From NCBI GenBank assembly GCA_028534125.1, contig CM052818.1, positions 36,644,001-36,708,000 on the forward strand: a stretch of DNA of 64,000 bases. Reading direction: 5' to 3'. Origin of the DNA: Lama glama. Lineage: Eukaryota. A model generated the notes under the pieces. The model ran no database searches. It had not been told where the DNA came from and was given only the letters and a program-made list of their open reading frames with translations. Position 1 is the stretch's first letter. The number at the start of each line of letters is the position of its first letter. Shown piece by piece: positions 11,946 to 24,000 of the stretch. The translations under genes and the position numbers were made by a program.

Positions 11946-13994
11946 AACGCTGCAGTCCCATGTCAGTGTGGCTCCTACAGATGGAGAGATCCTGGATGGA
12001 GGACTCTTGTTGTCCCCTCCCATGCTGCCCCACTCAGCAGGCCGCCCACACCTGACGGGGGCTGGGTCAGTCAAGGTCAGTTAAGAGAATGAATCTGTCC
12101 TGAATCTTAAAGTGGTTCCGTCTGCCCGTGGCCACAAGGAAGAGACAGGCAGGCTGGTTGGACAAATCCTCTTTGTCAGAACTATGGTCAGACCACACAT
12201 GACGCAGCCTGGTCCTGACTCCTCTCCCTTGTCCAGTGCCCTCATGGGGCCCTGGAGAGTCTGCTGGGTGGGTCTCAGAGCCACATCTTGGGTGGGGCTC
12301 CTAGCTCCAAGCTTCCTATTCATAACACATGGGCACTGGGAGCACTCGGAGGGAACAGCCAGTGCTCCCCCAGGGGCAGGCACATCCACGACACAATTCC
12401 TTCGAGGAAAATTACTCAGGCAGCCATTTATTAAAAGACAACTGCTCCCGAGGAGGCCTTTGGGCAGTGGAAATGCCAAATAGCTTTGAAGCGCGGGCCG
12501 TCCCCAAACCGATGAAGCAGGCTTCCAGGCACTATCTGACTTTTAATCTGCCTGCTCTTTCCCCATTTGGAAGGTCTAATGAAATGTTACACCGCAAGGA
12601 AACAAGGAAATAAGTAGCTTCAGAGGTGAGGGACACGTATTTAATTTCTTGCCTTGGTCTGCTATTTGCATAAACCTCAAGGGAATAACTGGTAGAGGAA
12701 AGAGAAGAAAAATAACAGTATCTGCGAGGCTCTGGGGCCAGCTGGGAGCTGCGTGAGCCACTGCACCTTGTATTTAACCCTCTCGGCTGGCTGAGGGGGA
12801 GTGTCTTGTTGGTGTCTCTGTGACAGAGGCCACTGGTAACTCCCCAGGTCTGTGCCCCCCTCTTTCTTGGGGTCCACGGTGGGACAACACCCCCTTATCT
12901 CGCATGATTCTAGCTGGGGCCGTGTGAGTGATGTGGGCCCCCCAGGCTGCAGGGTTACGAGTGGGGCTGTCTCTCTCTCCTTCTCGTCCCTCGTCCCTCG
13001 TCCTCTGCAGGAGTCAGGGACACACGGTGGAAGGAGACTTGCTTTGGGTTGGGGATCCTAATCTTGAGGGTGAATCCCTGAGGATACAGGCAGGAGATCA
13101 TCCCTGCGGGATGGTCCCAACTTTGCCTCCACCCTGGGGCGAGAAGTCAGGCTTCCCAGGGACTGGCTTCTTCCAAATGCCTGACTAGCTCTGGGCGTGG
13201 CACTTGCTTTGTAGGAAAGGGCAACTCCAGAAAGCAAGACTCAGCAAATCAACCAGTCAAACCCTGAGAGTGTGCCGCCCCATCAGAGCGCAGGTGCCAC
13301 ATGGAAACAGAACGAGATCAGGATGGCGGGGTGAGGGGTGGGGGAGCCTCCCCTGTCATTGGCAGGAGTGTCCTTGGATACACGTGCCTCCAGACAGACA
13401 GCTCTACTGAGGCTGAAATACGTCCTCTAGACGACGAGTGCATTTTTGTTTCTTAGTGAACACATGCACAGAAAAAGATGTGATTGAAGAAAGGATGGAA
13501 AAAGGACGAACTAACTGGGGAAGAAATACGATTGCTGAACTCCGAGAGGCTATTTTAAACCAGAGATTAAAGGGATGGAAATTAAAACAGAGCGAAACAA
13601 AACACCTCCTGGCCCTGGCTGCCTGACAGAGGCCTTTAGTCTCCTTAACGCTGCTTCCTAAGGCCACCAGCATGGCGACATTGTTGACAACACACGGCCC
13701 ACACCTCAGCCACTCCCAGGAGTGCTATTCTCTTCCCAGGATTAATTCTTCAGTTTACCCGACAGTTCCCGCAGCCGTGCCAGAAACCCAGAAACAAGAG
13801 CTTCTGGTTGGAAGACACACCTGCTGTTTCCCAGAAGCTGGACTTTGGGCCAAACTCCACACATCCTTTTGCACAGGAAGAAGGCACCAGCTCTGCTGAA
13901 GTCCACTGGGAGTACCAATTATGTGGGGTTTTTGGCTTGGACTTTCTTAAAAAAACATGTTGTCCAGGAAAAACTCCGATTTTTTTTCTTTCCG

Positions 13995-14825
13995 TGTAGG
14001 GGAAGGCCCAGTCTTCCCTACTGTGGGTCTCTGTCCTGTGGGTCTCCTTTATTTCTACATAGAAGGCTTACTTCTGACCCTCCTGGTCACCAAATGTGTG
14101 TGGGGTTTCCCCACCACAACAAGCAAGTCTCCAAAAGCAGCTGCAGTTCAACTCAGTTCTGACCCTTTCTACCTGGAGACAGCATTCGGTCCCATGGGTC
14201 AAGCTCCATCCTATGAGACTAACCTCCTTACCCCCAGGTCAGATGCCAGTCGCAAGTCCAGGCTGTCACTTGTGCTTCTGACCGACTGGCTTATGGATGG
14301 AGGTTCCCAAGACCCCCTGCTCAGGTTCGATTAATTTTCTAGAGCAGCCCACAGAACTCAGGCAAACACTTACACTCACCGTTTATTAAAGGATATGACG
14401 AAGGATACAGATGACCAGTCAGATGAAGAGGTACACAGGGCGAGGTCTGGGAGGGTCCATCCCCGTGGAGTTGGGGTGCATCCCCCTCCTGGTGTGGATG
14501 TGCCTGCCCACCTGGAAGCTCCCAAACCCTGTACTGATGGGATTTTATGGCTTCACCATGTAGGCGTGGTCAATTATCAACTCCATCTTCAGCCCCTCAC
14601 CCTTCTCAAGAGAGTAAGGGGTGGGGCTGAGAATTCCAAGCTTCTACTCATGGCTTGGTCTTCCTAGTGGCCCGCCCTCATCCCTCATCTAGGAGCCATA
14701 TGGGAGCCCACCCAGAGTTGCCTCTCTAAAACAAAAGTCATTCTTATCTCCCAGAAAATTACAAGGGTTTCAGGAGCTCTGTGCCAGGAACTGGGGGCAG
14801 AGACCAATACATATTTTCATTTGTG
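13995..14825 (-). mobile_element. MER21-family ERV solo LTR
   Basis: agatgccagtcgcaagtcc, ggttcgattaattttctagagcagcccacagaactcagg, agatgaagaggtacacagggcgaggtctgg, aagggtttcaggagctctgtgccaggaac...gaccaatacatatttt; about 830 bp. Confidence 0.85.
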
Positions 14826-15209
14826 AGGGGCTTGAGAATGCACAGTGAATGCACAGTGTCTGAGACCAGGAGTCTGGGGAGAGTTGCTGCCTCAGACACC
14901 AGAATGACCCGTGTGGCTGGTCAGCTCCTGTCTTCCTGTCCCTCCAATACAGAAGGAGCACAGAGCTGCTTCCAAACTTACAGCCCACCAGCCAGCCCTG
15001 GAAGCCATGCCGTACTCTGCCAGGGACTGTGAGGGGTGTGGAGATGCCCTCGAGGATCCTCTGTCTGGCAGGGCTGGACCAATCCTCAAGGGGATCTTAG
15101 ACCGGCAGACAGAGAGTGGTGCTTCTGCTGGGCATGAGTGTGAGCCCCTTGAGTTCTGGGACCTGGTTCTCTCCTCTTGCCTTCCCCACAGTGTTAGCTA
15201 AGTGTATGT

Positions 15210-15335
15210 GCACCCATCCTTCCATCTATCCATTCATCCCTGCACTCACCCCCCCCTTCATCCCTTGATTTATTTATCTGCCCATCAGTGCATCAGCTAG
15301 TTGTTGAGCATCTGTTTAGATGCCTCGCCAGACAT
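15210..15335 (-). mobile_element. L2 3' end with degenerate (CATC/CATT)n tail
   Basis: catccttccatctatcccattcatcc...tgttgagcatctgtttagatgcc. Confidence 0.45.
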
Positions 15336-15479
15336 CAGGAAGATTACAGGAAAAGGTGAGAAAAATTCTGAGCAGAGTTCCATAATGAAATCTGTTGTTG
15401 TCTGCTATCCATTCCCTGCTGTCATGTGATAATAGAAGATCTCCCACGTGGAGCCCATCAGATATTGTTTGGGTGTTCT

Positions 15480-15905
15480 GACACACCACTGGGGTGAGCA
15501 CGTGGCCAGGTGAGGCAAATCAGAGTATTCTACCCTTTCGGCTGAAACCCTGACCGATTCAGGGTCCATGGCCCAAACAGACCCAACTCTCTTCAATCTA
15601 TGAACTCAGAAATCAAGGTCTCTCTTCCCTTGGGATTATGAACAGTGCAGATGTAGTAAGCTGGAACAGCTCCTGGCCACCTTTCCTGGTCACAAGGAGG
15701 AAGCCGTCTGCACAGCAGAGAGTGAGGCCAGAGAGAAGCAGAGACAGGAGCCTGACAAGAGTTCTGATATTACAGGAACTCCCCAGATTAGCTCCAGTGG
15801 AAGCTGTTGTGAAACTTTCAGTTACAAGAGCTGACACCTTCCCTTTTTGGCTTAAATTAGGTTGAGTTGGGTGCCTGTCTGCTGCAGTCAAATGAGTTCT
15901 AATAT
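15480..15905 (+). mobile_element. MaLR solo LTR (MLT1J-like)
   Basis: actttcagttacaagagctgacaccttccctttttggcttaaattaggttgagttggg...tgcagtcaaatgagttctaata resembles the MLT1J 3' end. Confidence 0.7.
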
Positions 15906-16010
15906 GTTCTTACACACTCTCAGAAGAACTAAGTTCTCTGTGGCTTACGATGAGGTTCGAGATGTAAGGAAACGTCTTTGTAATTCTCTGGGAAGATTCA
16001 GAGAGGAGGA

Positions 16011-16112
16011 GGGGCGAGGGCATAGCTCAGTGGTAGAGTGCATGCTTAGCATGCATGACGTCCTGGGTTCAACCTCCAGTACATCCATTAAAGAAGAAAG
16101 AAGGAAAGAAAG
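16011..16112 (+). mobile_element. tRNA-Ala-derived SINE, Vic-1-like (camelid), copy 1
   Basis: ggggcgagggcatagctcagtggtagagtgcatgcttagcatgcatgacgtcctgggttcaacctccagtacatcca plus A-rich tail; pol III A box (tagctcagtgg) and B box (ggttcaacc); AGC anticodon remnant. Confidence 0.85.
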
Positions 16113-16141
16113 ATACTCAAAAATGAAAGAACATTGTGAAC

Positions 16142-16330
16142 CAGCACTGTCCAACAGAACTTTCTGCAATGATAGAAATGTTCTATAAGCCATGTTATCC
16201 AATATGTAGCTACCAGCCACTGCTGAGTATTTGAAAACTGGCTAATAGAATTAAGGAACTGAATTTTCAATTTTATTTAACTCTCATTTAAATAGTGTAT
16301 CTGGCTAGTGGCTACTGTATGGGACAGTGA
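16142..16330 (+). mobile_element. MER3 hAT-Charlie element
   Basis: cagcactgtccaacagaactttctgcaatgatagaaatgttctata...aggaactgaatttt...tggctagtggctactgtatgggacagtg; terminal inverted cactgtcc/ggacagtg. Confidence 0.85.
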
Positions 16331-16399
16331 AAGTGTGGACAAAGGCCCCTGGTGAGAAAACATGGGGAAGAGTGAGCACTTCTGAAGGACTAGGGGCGG

Positions 16400-16920
16400 A
16401 CATGAAGGAGATGGATTGGAGGTGGAAAACTGGAAACAGGGAGCTCATCTGGGACACTGATGCAAACAGCCCAGTGGAGGACTGATGAGGGGCTGAGCTG
16501 TGGCAGAGGAGATAGGGAGGAGCCAGGAATGAGAAGCTACAAAGGTGTTGGGGTTACAGCTCCCAGGGGGATGGTGAGAGCATGCACTGAAATGAGGCAT
16601 GCAGAAGGGAAAGGAGGCTTGCCAGGGAAGTGAGGGTTTAGGGCTGGGATATATGAAATCTCAGGTGGGAAGACATTAGGCTGAAGGTCGTTGAATAGAA
16701 AGCTGGAGGCTAGAGACACAAATTTTTGGAGTCATTAGGGTTTAGGAAGTACTTGGTCAAACTGTAGAAAGAAAAGTAGAGCAAGACTAGAACCATGGTG
16801 AATACTTCCATAAAGAGGTCAGAAAAAGAAGGAAAAAGGAGAAGAGATACAGGAAGTAACCAGAAGGAGGAAGAATGCACGTAATATAGCATTGTCCACG
16901 TTCTCTGGGATGATTAGTGA
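16400..16920 (-). mobile_element. L2 LINE fragment, decayed
   Basis: Purine-rich plus strand with gctggaggctagagacacaaatttttggagtcattagg and aagaggtcagaaaaagaagg...ggaagtaaccagaagg. Confidence 0.5.
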
Positions 16921-18014
16921 AAGTCTCATTTTTCTTCCATGCAGACATATTTTTGACATAAGTGAAATTGAGTCCTTTAAGTGTCCAATATTAAACAAGA
17001 ACAAAGTATTTTAGCTCTTCTAAAGACAAAATATTCTGAAATACACTGCATACTTCCCTATGTGCTGAACAGAGTTGAACATAATGGAGACACTGGGCTG
17101 TTAAACAGCATCATGCTTAGAACTGAAGGACCCCACCAGGTAGGACCCACTGTCCCAGCGGTGACCAGACCCAGACTGTGGTGCTTCCTAAGTGTACATG
17201 TGGAATTCCAGAGTTTTGCAGTTGCTTCATCTCCGATTAGCTTCTAGCAACCATTTCTTGCTTCTGTTATCTTTCCCCTCTCTTTACTCTTGCCAGATTG
17301 GGAGTTTGCAAAACTTGCTTTGAATTTTGAATCCAGGTAATCAGTCTTTTAGGCAGTTCATATTTTTTAAAAGAACAATTCTGAATTAAAGCCCAAGGGA
17401 TTGATGATGAAAGAAAGAACAAGATTTGGGTGCACACACTTGGTGATCCCTATCCGCTCTGTCAGCTCTTCAGGTCTTTTCTCAGTCTCGGCTCTGGGTG
17501 GGAGAGGTTTCCAGATAAGAGAGAACCGGTAGAAAAAGCAGAGACCCCGACAATCTTGCCACTGAGGACCTCTTACTCTGACAGAGATCAATGGCACACA
17601 CTGTCACATCATCACAAATGTGGAGGACAGACACTATGCACTAGAGTTAGTCAAGCTGTAGCCCAGGCAACTAACAGAGTGACATATCCCACAAAGTGTC
17701 CCTCCCCAGAGCCATTTCTCACGCGCATTCCCACAAAACCACAGGCACCCTCCTCCTAGTGCCTGGAACGAACTTTTCAGGCATGAACCCAGCTTCCCGC
17801 ATGCCAGAGAGCATCAGGGATCTGGGTAGCAAGGCGCTGGCAAAGGATGACTCACAACCTACTTGCTGGGGGTCGAGGCCAAAAGCTTTAGATATCTTGG
17901 TAAAAACACAAAACAGAACAAGAATGCAGCCAAGTGGATATGATGGAGAATTAGGGATTCCAGTTTGCACTCAAACCACTGGCCTCCTTGCCAGTGAAGC
18001 TGACTTCAGACATC

Positions 18015-18160
18015 TTTCTTTCTCCACGTGTGGTCCTAGGACCAGCAGTGCCAGCATCACTTGAGAGCTTGTCAGAAATGCAGACTCCTCATCCCAGCCT
18101 ACAGAAGCAGAATCTGCATTTTAACAAATCCTCAGGTGAACTGGGTGCACACTGAGAGCA
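18015..18160. mobile_element. MER5A-like hAT-Charlie element
   Basis: gtgtggtcctaggaccagcagtgccagcatcacttgagagcttgtcagaaatgcaga...cagaatctgcattttaacaaatcctcaggtga. Confidence 0.8.
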
Positions 18161-18204
18161 CGGCCTTGCTCACCTCATAATCTGTTTAGGTGATTAAAGA
18201 ACTG

Positions 18205-18310
18205 TACCAGGAGTCAGGAGAAACCTGGGTTCCTGCCCTAGTTTCGCCACTTATTGGGTGCTGTGAATTTGCATAAGTCCTTTCTCCTTTCTGGCCCCTG
18301 TTCTCCCAAC
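18205..18310 (+). mobile_element. MIR SINE fragment
   Basis: ggagtcaggagaaacctgggttcctgccctagtttcgccacttatt. Confidence 0.6.
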
Positions 18311-18906
18311 TGCTAGCTGGAGTCCAGTCCAACGGGCTCAGGGCTGCATTCATGTCCTAACTGTTAAAGCAAAGTCTGTAGGTGCCCTTGGTGCCATCAG
18401 AGCCACTTCGCTTTACAGACCAGAGTCTTCTTCTTCCTCATGGATAAGTCACCGTGGGATTTCAGAAGTGTTTCTCACTGTCACGAAGGCTATGGCATAA
18501 ATCCTGACATCCTCTGGACACATTCCAAAGCCTCCAGCAGCCCCAGATACCCAACCAAGCTAGCATCATTAGAATCCAGCCCTTCCCCTGGATCAGGAGT
18601 GTATGAAGGTACTGGGCTGGCCTGAGACCTTCCTCTCCTCCACCTCAACATGCAGCTTCTTAGAGGTGGCCACGCCCTGAACGCCCAGAATCCCAGCAAA
18701 GAGGCGATGGGCCATCCCTTTCCAGATACCCAGATGGGGTATCTGGCTTCCTTTAGTCCATGCAGTTCTGTGCTTGAAATTCTGCCAACAAATGAATCCC
18801 AGTATATTTAATAGTGAAAACAACTCTGCATTCCAAGCACTAATGCAGTTGACATAATACTGGTCACGAGTGGTTAAACAGGATGCCTCCTCTTGATCTG
18901 CTGGAG

Positions 18907-18908
<2 letters not shown>

Positions 18909-18949
<41 letters not shown>

Positions 18950-18984
18950 TGTGTGTCTGTGTGTCTGTGTATGTGTCTGTGTGT
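18909..18984. repeat. (GT)n microsatellite grading into (GTGTCT)n-type repeat
   Basis: Read directly. Confidence 0.95.
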
Positions 18985-19377
18985 AACCGTTAGATACAAA
19001 GTTTCATGGAGCCCATGTTTCTGCCCACTGCCGGAATCTATACCTCAAAGTCAACTGAGAAGTTACTCTTCCTTCCTAAAGGACTTTAAATGCCGTTTCC
19101 TTCATGGAAGCATGATGGAGTGGGCAAAGAGGGGAAAGCAGACCCCTCCCCGAGTCCACAGAGTGTCCAGTGAGGCTGCAGGCTGCCCATGAGTCCAGGT
19201 GCCCACTGAACTTGGAACAAATGCAAAAGCAGATTGTAGGAAATTGATTCCCAGAGAGGGCTGGTGTGGGGAGAGCAGCATGCACTCATCCAGGCTCCGC
19301 AGAGAACAGGAACCTAACAGACAAAAAGGGACGCCAGGCAGGTCCAGAACAGTCCTTTCCACTGTCCCTGGAGAAGG

Positions 19378-19400
19378 GTGTGTGTGTGTGTGTGTGTGTG
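19378..19400. repeat. (GT)n microsatellite
   Basis: Read directly. Confidence 0.95.
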
Positions 19401-20384
19401 AGGGGGCTGTATTTTGGTTTTCGTTAATTCATCAGGTAGGAGGAGAGCCTAGAAGCTTGTATAACACTGTTGCTGTCCTTGTTTACAACGTGTGGTGTGT
19501 ATTTATTTACATCGATCTGAGGGTAAACACTATACGGTTTCTCTCCACCGAATGGGCTCAGGCATTTTTGACAGGTCCTCCCTCTGTTCCCCCCAAGGCC
19601 TGAACGCAACAAATTCTTATGGAGAGAGATCAGGACTCAACATTCCAGGTTTGTTTTGCAAACAAAAAGGTCAGCAGCCCTGGCAGAATGCCGCTGTGCC
19701 CAGACAGTCTCTCCTCCAAGCGTGCAAAGTGTTAGCAGTGAGTTTGAGGTGGTGACGGGTGCAGCGTTATGACATTCAAGGGACAAATCCAATCTGGTCC
19801 CCCAGGCGGAGGTGGGAGAGTCGGCCTCCTTAAGTCCTCAGCCATGTGGCTGTCTGAGGGCCTGGCTCCCCGCTGTGACAAGTGCTGAGTGTCACTCTGC
19901 ATTACAGGCCAAGGACCAACCCACCCTGACAGCCAGGCTCCTTCTACAGAGTATGCTCCAATTTCTGCAGCTTGGGGGCCCCCTGGGTCTCGAGGACCGG
20001 GTCACCCCAATTATGATGCTGGGAGTTTCCAGGGCGATAAAGGAAAATTCACCCCTCAGCTGTCAGGGTGAGGCCGCGTGTTGCCTGAGAGAGTCAACAA
20101 GAGGAAATCAAGTTAATCCAGTGGTGTGACTGTGTCTGTGTTGACAAAAGGGACCCAGCATTCAGGAGGGATGCTTGTCACTCTGAAAGGGCGAGCACTT
20201 GGGTTTTAAGAAAGAGGTAGGCCTCAGAGAAGGTCTGTGTTTCCCAACACTTCATTTTTAGTACCGGAAACCCAGTCCTTGGCCAAGAATCACCTCTGAA
20301 ATAAGAAATGTCAAAATTTATGGGGGTCAGAAGGCAGGTGCAGGCCTTGGATTTTTGTTGTTGCTGTTGTTCTTTTTCTCAAAA

Positions 20385-20560
20385 GATTTCTTTCTTGTGG
20401 TATAACACACAGGATGTAAAACTGACCATCTGAAGCATACACTTCAACGGCATTAAGTACATTCACAGTACTGCGTAACCATCACTATGGACACCTGGGT
20501 TGCTTCCACCTTTTGGCTATTGTGAACAATGCTGCCACAAACAGGAGAGTGCAAATATCC
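20385..20560 (-). mobile_element. Old L1 3'-UTR fragment (L1MB-like) with internal deletion
   Basis: ggcattaagtacattcacagtactgcgtaaccatcac joined to ggacacctgggttgcttccaccttttggctattgtgaacaatgctgc. Confidence 0.75.
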
Positions 20561-20904
20561 ACTGAAGGGGCCTTCAGGGTTTACATTAGTGTTAACCCTT
20601 CTCCCGTGGGGTGAGAGGTGGACTCCAGCTGGTGTCTGAGCGAGGCTGCAAAGCTGAGAGCAGACTGGGGTCAAGGTCTCCGGGAAGAGGATGGAGAGGC
20701 ACTCGTGCACCACGGCTGCACTCAGGACTGAAAGGATTCCAGTTCCACAAAAGCAGAGGCTGCTCTGTCCCTTTCCTCCCAGAGCCATCCTGGGACATCC
20801 TGACGTTAGCCACGTGTCTCAGTGCTACCTCACCCCCTGTGGAAAGGGAAGACGCAAAGACCAGAACAGGACCCTTCACCTGGCCCATCTGGTAGGGCTG
20901 CATA

Positions 20905-21072
20905 TTTTTTTTTAAATTAACTAATTTGATGGAGGTATAATTCCCAGGAAGGAACTGCTCAGATGCTAAGTGTACAGTCTGACAAGTTCTGATAAACGTG
21001 TGCACCCACTGCACCGCTACCCCAATCCAGACACGGATCGTTTCCATCAGCTCAGAAAGTTCCTTCGTGCCA
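20905..21072 (-). mobile_element. Old L1 3' end (L1MD/L1ME-like)
   Basis: ttttttaaatt...gaggtataatt...taagtgtacagtctgacaagttctgataaa...tttccatcagctcagaaagttccttcgtgcc. Confidence 0.7.
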
Positions 21073-24000
21073 AACTGCATGTTAGCAGCTTCTTTTAGAG
21101 CCAAATTACTGTGGCATCAGCAGGGTTAGGGGACTTAGAAAAAGCCTGTGGGGGCTTCTAGGCTGTGAAACCCCAAATGTCCTCAACTCTGAGCCACCAC
21201 CAAAGGCATTCTTTTTTTCCTTTCTAATTTTGCAGTTGATCACCACCCACAGTAGTCTGGCAAGGGAAATTTTGAAAAACTGGAGCCCAGAGCAGATTGT
21301 GGAACCTCAGTTTCACTCAGCAGTTTGAAACCCATTCACTCTACAAGCGTGTGCCCAGCATCCACTCCTTGCTAGGCCTAGGGCTGGGCGTGGCCCTTGC
21401 CGTGGCAGGTCTGTGGTTAGGAATGGCCCCTCCGGGCAGAGGGGAGACACTGAGCAGAGTGCACAGAATGACATCTGGGCGGGAACACAAGATTGACTCT
21501 TGTGATGCCGCGAAGGCATACATCCTTCTGGCCGAGACCAACAAAGAAGGCCCTTTGGAAGCACACGAGGGTTCAGGTTTGCCCTTTCGAGGATGCACAG
21601 CTTTTCAACAGAAGCCAGAAAGAGATGAAAACCCCTTCTCTTTCTAGGCTGGGAGGACACTGTGTGTCCTCAGGGCACTGAGACATAAGAGCTACCATTT
21701 ATGATGTAACTTACCATGATGTACTAAGGCTGGGCTCAGTGTTTCACACTCAGGGTTTTACTTGACAAAAATAAAATAAAAATGCTGAGGGAAGTCCTGA
21801 CGAGCAAAGTCCTACCAGGTACAATGCGGCCGAGGGACCCCCAGGTTCACAAAGCATTGCACCTGGATTCTGCCCCGGGGCTGGGTGTTTCTGAAGCCCG
21901 TGCTGTTCCGCTGTTTACTGTGCTGTGGGAAGAAACACGAAAACTGGAGCACGGCCTGCTGTGTGCACAAGGGGAAGAAGGGAAGGAATAATGCCGCTGT
22001 GAACGGCGTTCCAAAGACCGGGCACTTGCAACGATGGTGGTTCCTCACTGGGTTCAACTTTCACTTGAAATGGTGGGAGCAGTACTACCGTCACAAAAAG
22101 AGCTCCGTAAATTCTGCATTATGCATACATAAACCCCTGTTTTTTTTTTTTAAATGCCATAGGAAAATCTCATTTATTTAAAACAATGGGGGCTTAATAG
22201 CAAAATCATTTTTTTCTAAAAGCAGTCTTATTTATACAAAATGGCCCGAAGCAGGCTCACCAAGGTTGCAAGCACAGTTGGCTTGTAATCAGCACGACTG
22301 CCCAGGAACGGCCGTTCTAGAGGGTGTGCTGGCGGGGGAGTTCTGTTCTCTTTGTTACCGTGATGCCCCGGTTCGTGATTATCCTGTTAGTTCCTAGAGA
22401 GAGGGGCTGGCCTCACAGTGTTACAGACATCACCTCCCTTCCCTTCCCCTAAGTGCCCCACCCCTCTCGAGCTATCATCGGGGGCAGTTTCTGGCAGCTC
22501 TCGGATCTGCTTGCCTTTTATCCTCGGGTCAGGTCAAGGCTCCTGAGAAGCCACACAGAAGCTGTGGCTGCGACCTGGAGCTCTTTGCACTGCATCGTAC
22601 GCTGAACTCCTGGGAGAGGCTCGTGAATTCTCCCAAATGCCGCCAGTCCTGAGGCCTGCCAGGTGGAAGTGTCAAGTCTCCTCAGCAGCCTAGGCCAGCC
22701 CCCAGGCTGGGTGGAGCAACAGCCTCAGGGGGTGGAGGGGTGAGGGGCGGGGGAAGGGTCCTTAAGTGAGCCTCATCTCCATACTGCCTTGAATGGTGTG
22801 CCCAGAAAGACAGAGGTCCCTGGGTGCACCTTCCACAGTACATCTGCAGCCCCGCGAATGGCCAACAGGCTGCCTACTTGGAGACACATGCACGTGTGCA
22901 CACACATTCAACCTACACAAACGCGTACACACGTGGTTTCTACATAGCCCCTGGACACCCAGGGCTACCGAGTGTGTACACTATCCATCATCCTCCCCAA
23001 ATATCTCCAAACCACTTCATGTGCATGGAGGGATTGAGAGCCACCCGACAAACAGAGAAGCCCTCGTTGGCAGAAAACCTATTGAGCTCCCCAAAGACTA
23101 GGCCCCTCGTACTCCTCTCTGAGCTTGGGGTCTCTGAGTTGCAAAGATGCGGGGTTGGTGGGAGCTCTCCCCTGGCCCCCAGGACTCCTCCCTGCCAGCC
23201 GGGCTCCTCCTCTCTGCCCACCTGCACACACAGCTGCAGGGCTATCTCCTCTCTCCACAAAAGCCTACCTCTCCCCAGCTGGTGGTCTGGAGCCAGCCAA
23301 TCCCCTACTTCGTCCTGAATGCTCCTTGATTTGCAGAGGCCTGCAGTGACAAAGGAGCAACTCCCAACCCTAACCCTTCTCCCGGTGCAGAGGGTGAGGA
23401 CACACCTCCTCCTGTCCACACTCACACTCTGATCCCCAAACCACAGGCTCCCCACCCTCCAGACTTCTCCACATCTTGTAAGCTCCTCATTCTCATGGTT
23501 TTGTCTTGAAAGAAGTAGTTTAGCCATGAAAGCAAGCACAATTTAGGTTTGACATAGGAGCCAGACAGAGTCTAACCACGACCACTTGGATCCCGTGATG
23601 GCCTGTGGGCAGGGGTCTCACTCTTGACCCAGGAGCAGGAAGCTGGGAACGGTGCAGAGGGCGTGTGGCCCACACACACTCCACCAGCTCCCACCGGCCT
23701 CCACTCCGCTGCAAGCGAAGCACATTGCAAACGAGAGTATTTTTTCTCCTTGCCAGTGAGCCGTTGCTGTGTATTCCAGGAGGAGGCCATTACGGGGAGT
23801 TAATAGAGTTTTAAATTTGTTTTTAAATTTTATAATGCAATTCATCAAATTCAGCATCTGAGCACAGCATTCATGTTCAGACCAGGCTGCATATGTCAAA
23901 CTGGCCCCAGCCTTTCCCTACCCTTTTCCCCTTAAAATGAGGAAAGATTAACTCTTTAGGGTAACTGCCAGGCATGGCCCCATATGGGGTGGGAAGACAG

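Noticed and set aside
13438..13626. 62-aa ORF with protein-like charged composition after tttttgtttcttag
   Set aside because: I recognise no homolog and see no supporting partner exons; purine-rich DNA gives such peptides by chance. PhyloCSF would settle it.
16011..16087. tRNA-Ala(AGC) gene (also at 31853)
   Set aside because: Acceptor and T stems are mismatched; G-rich leader and A-rich tail with no oligo-T terminator indicate a SINE.
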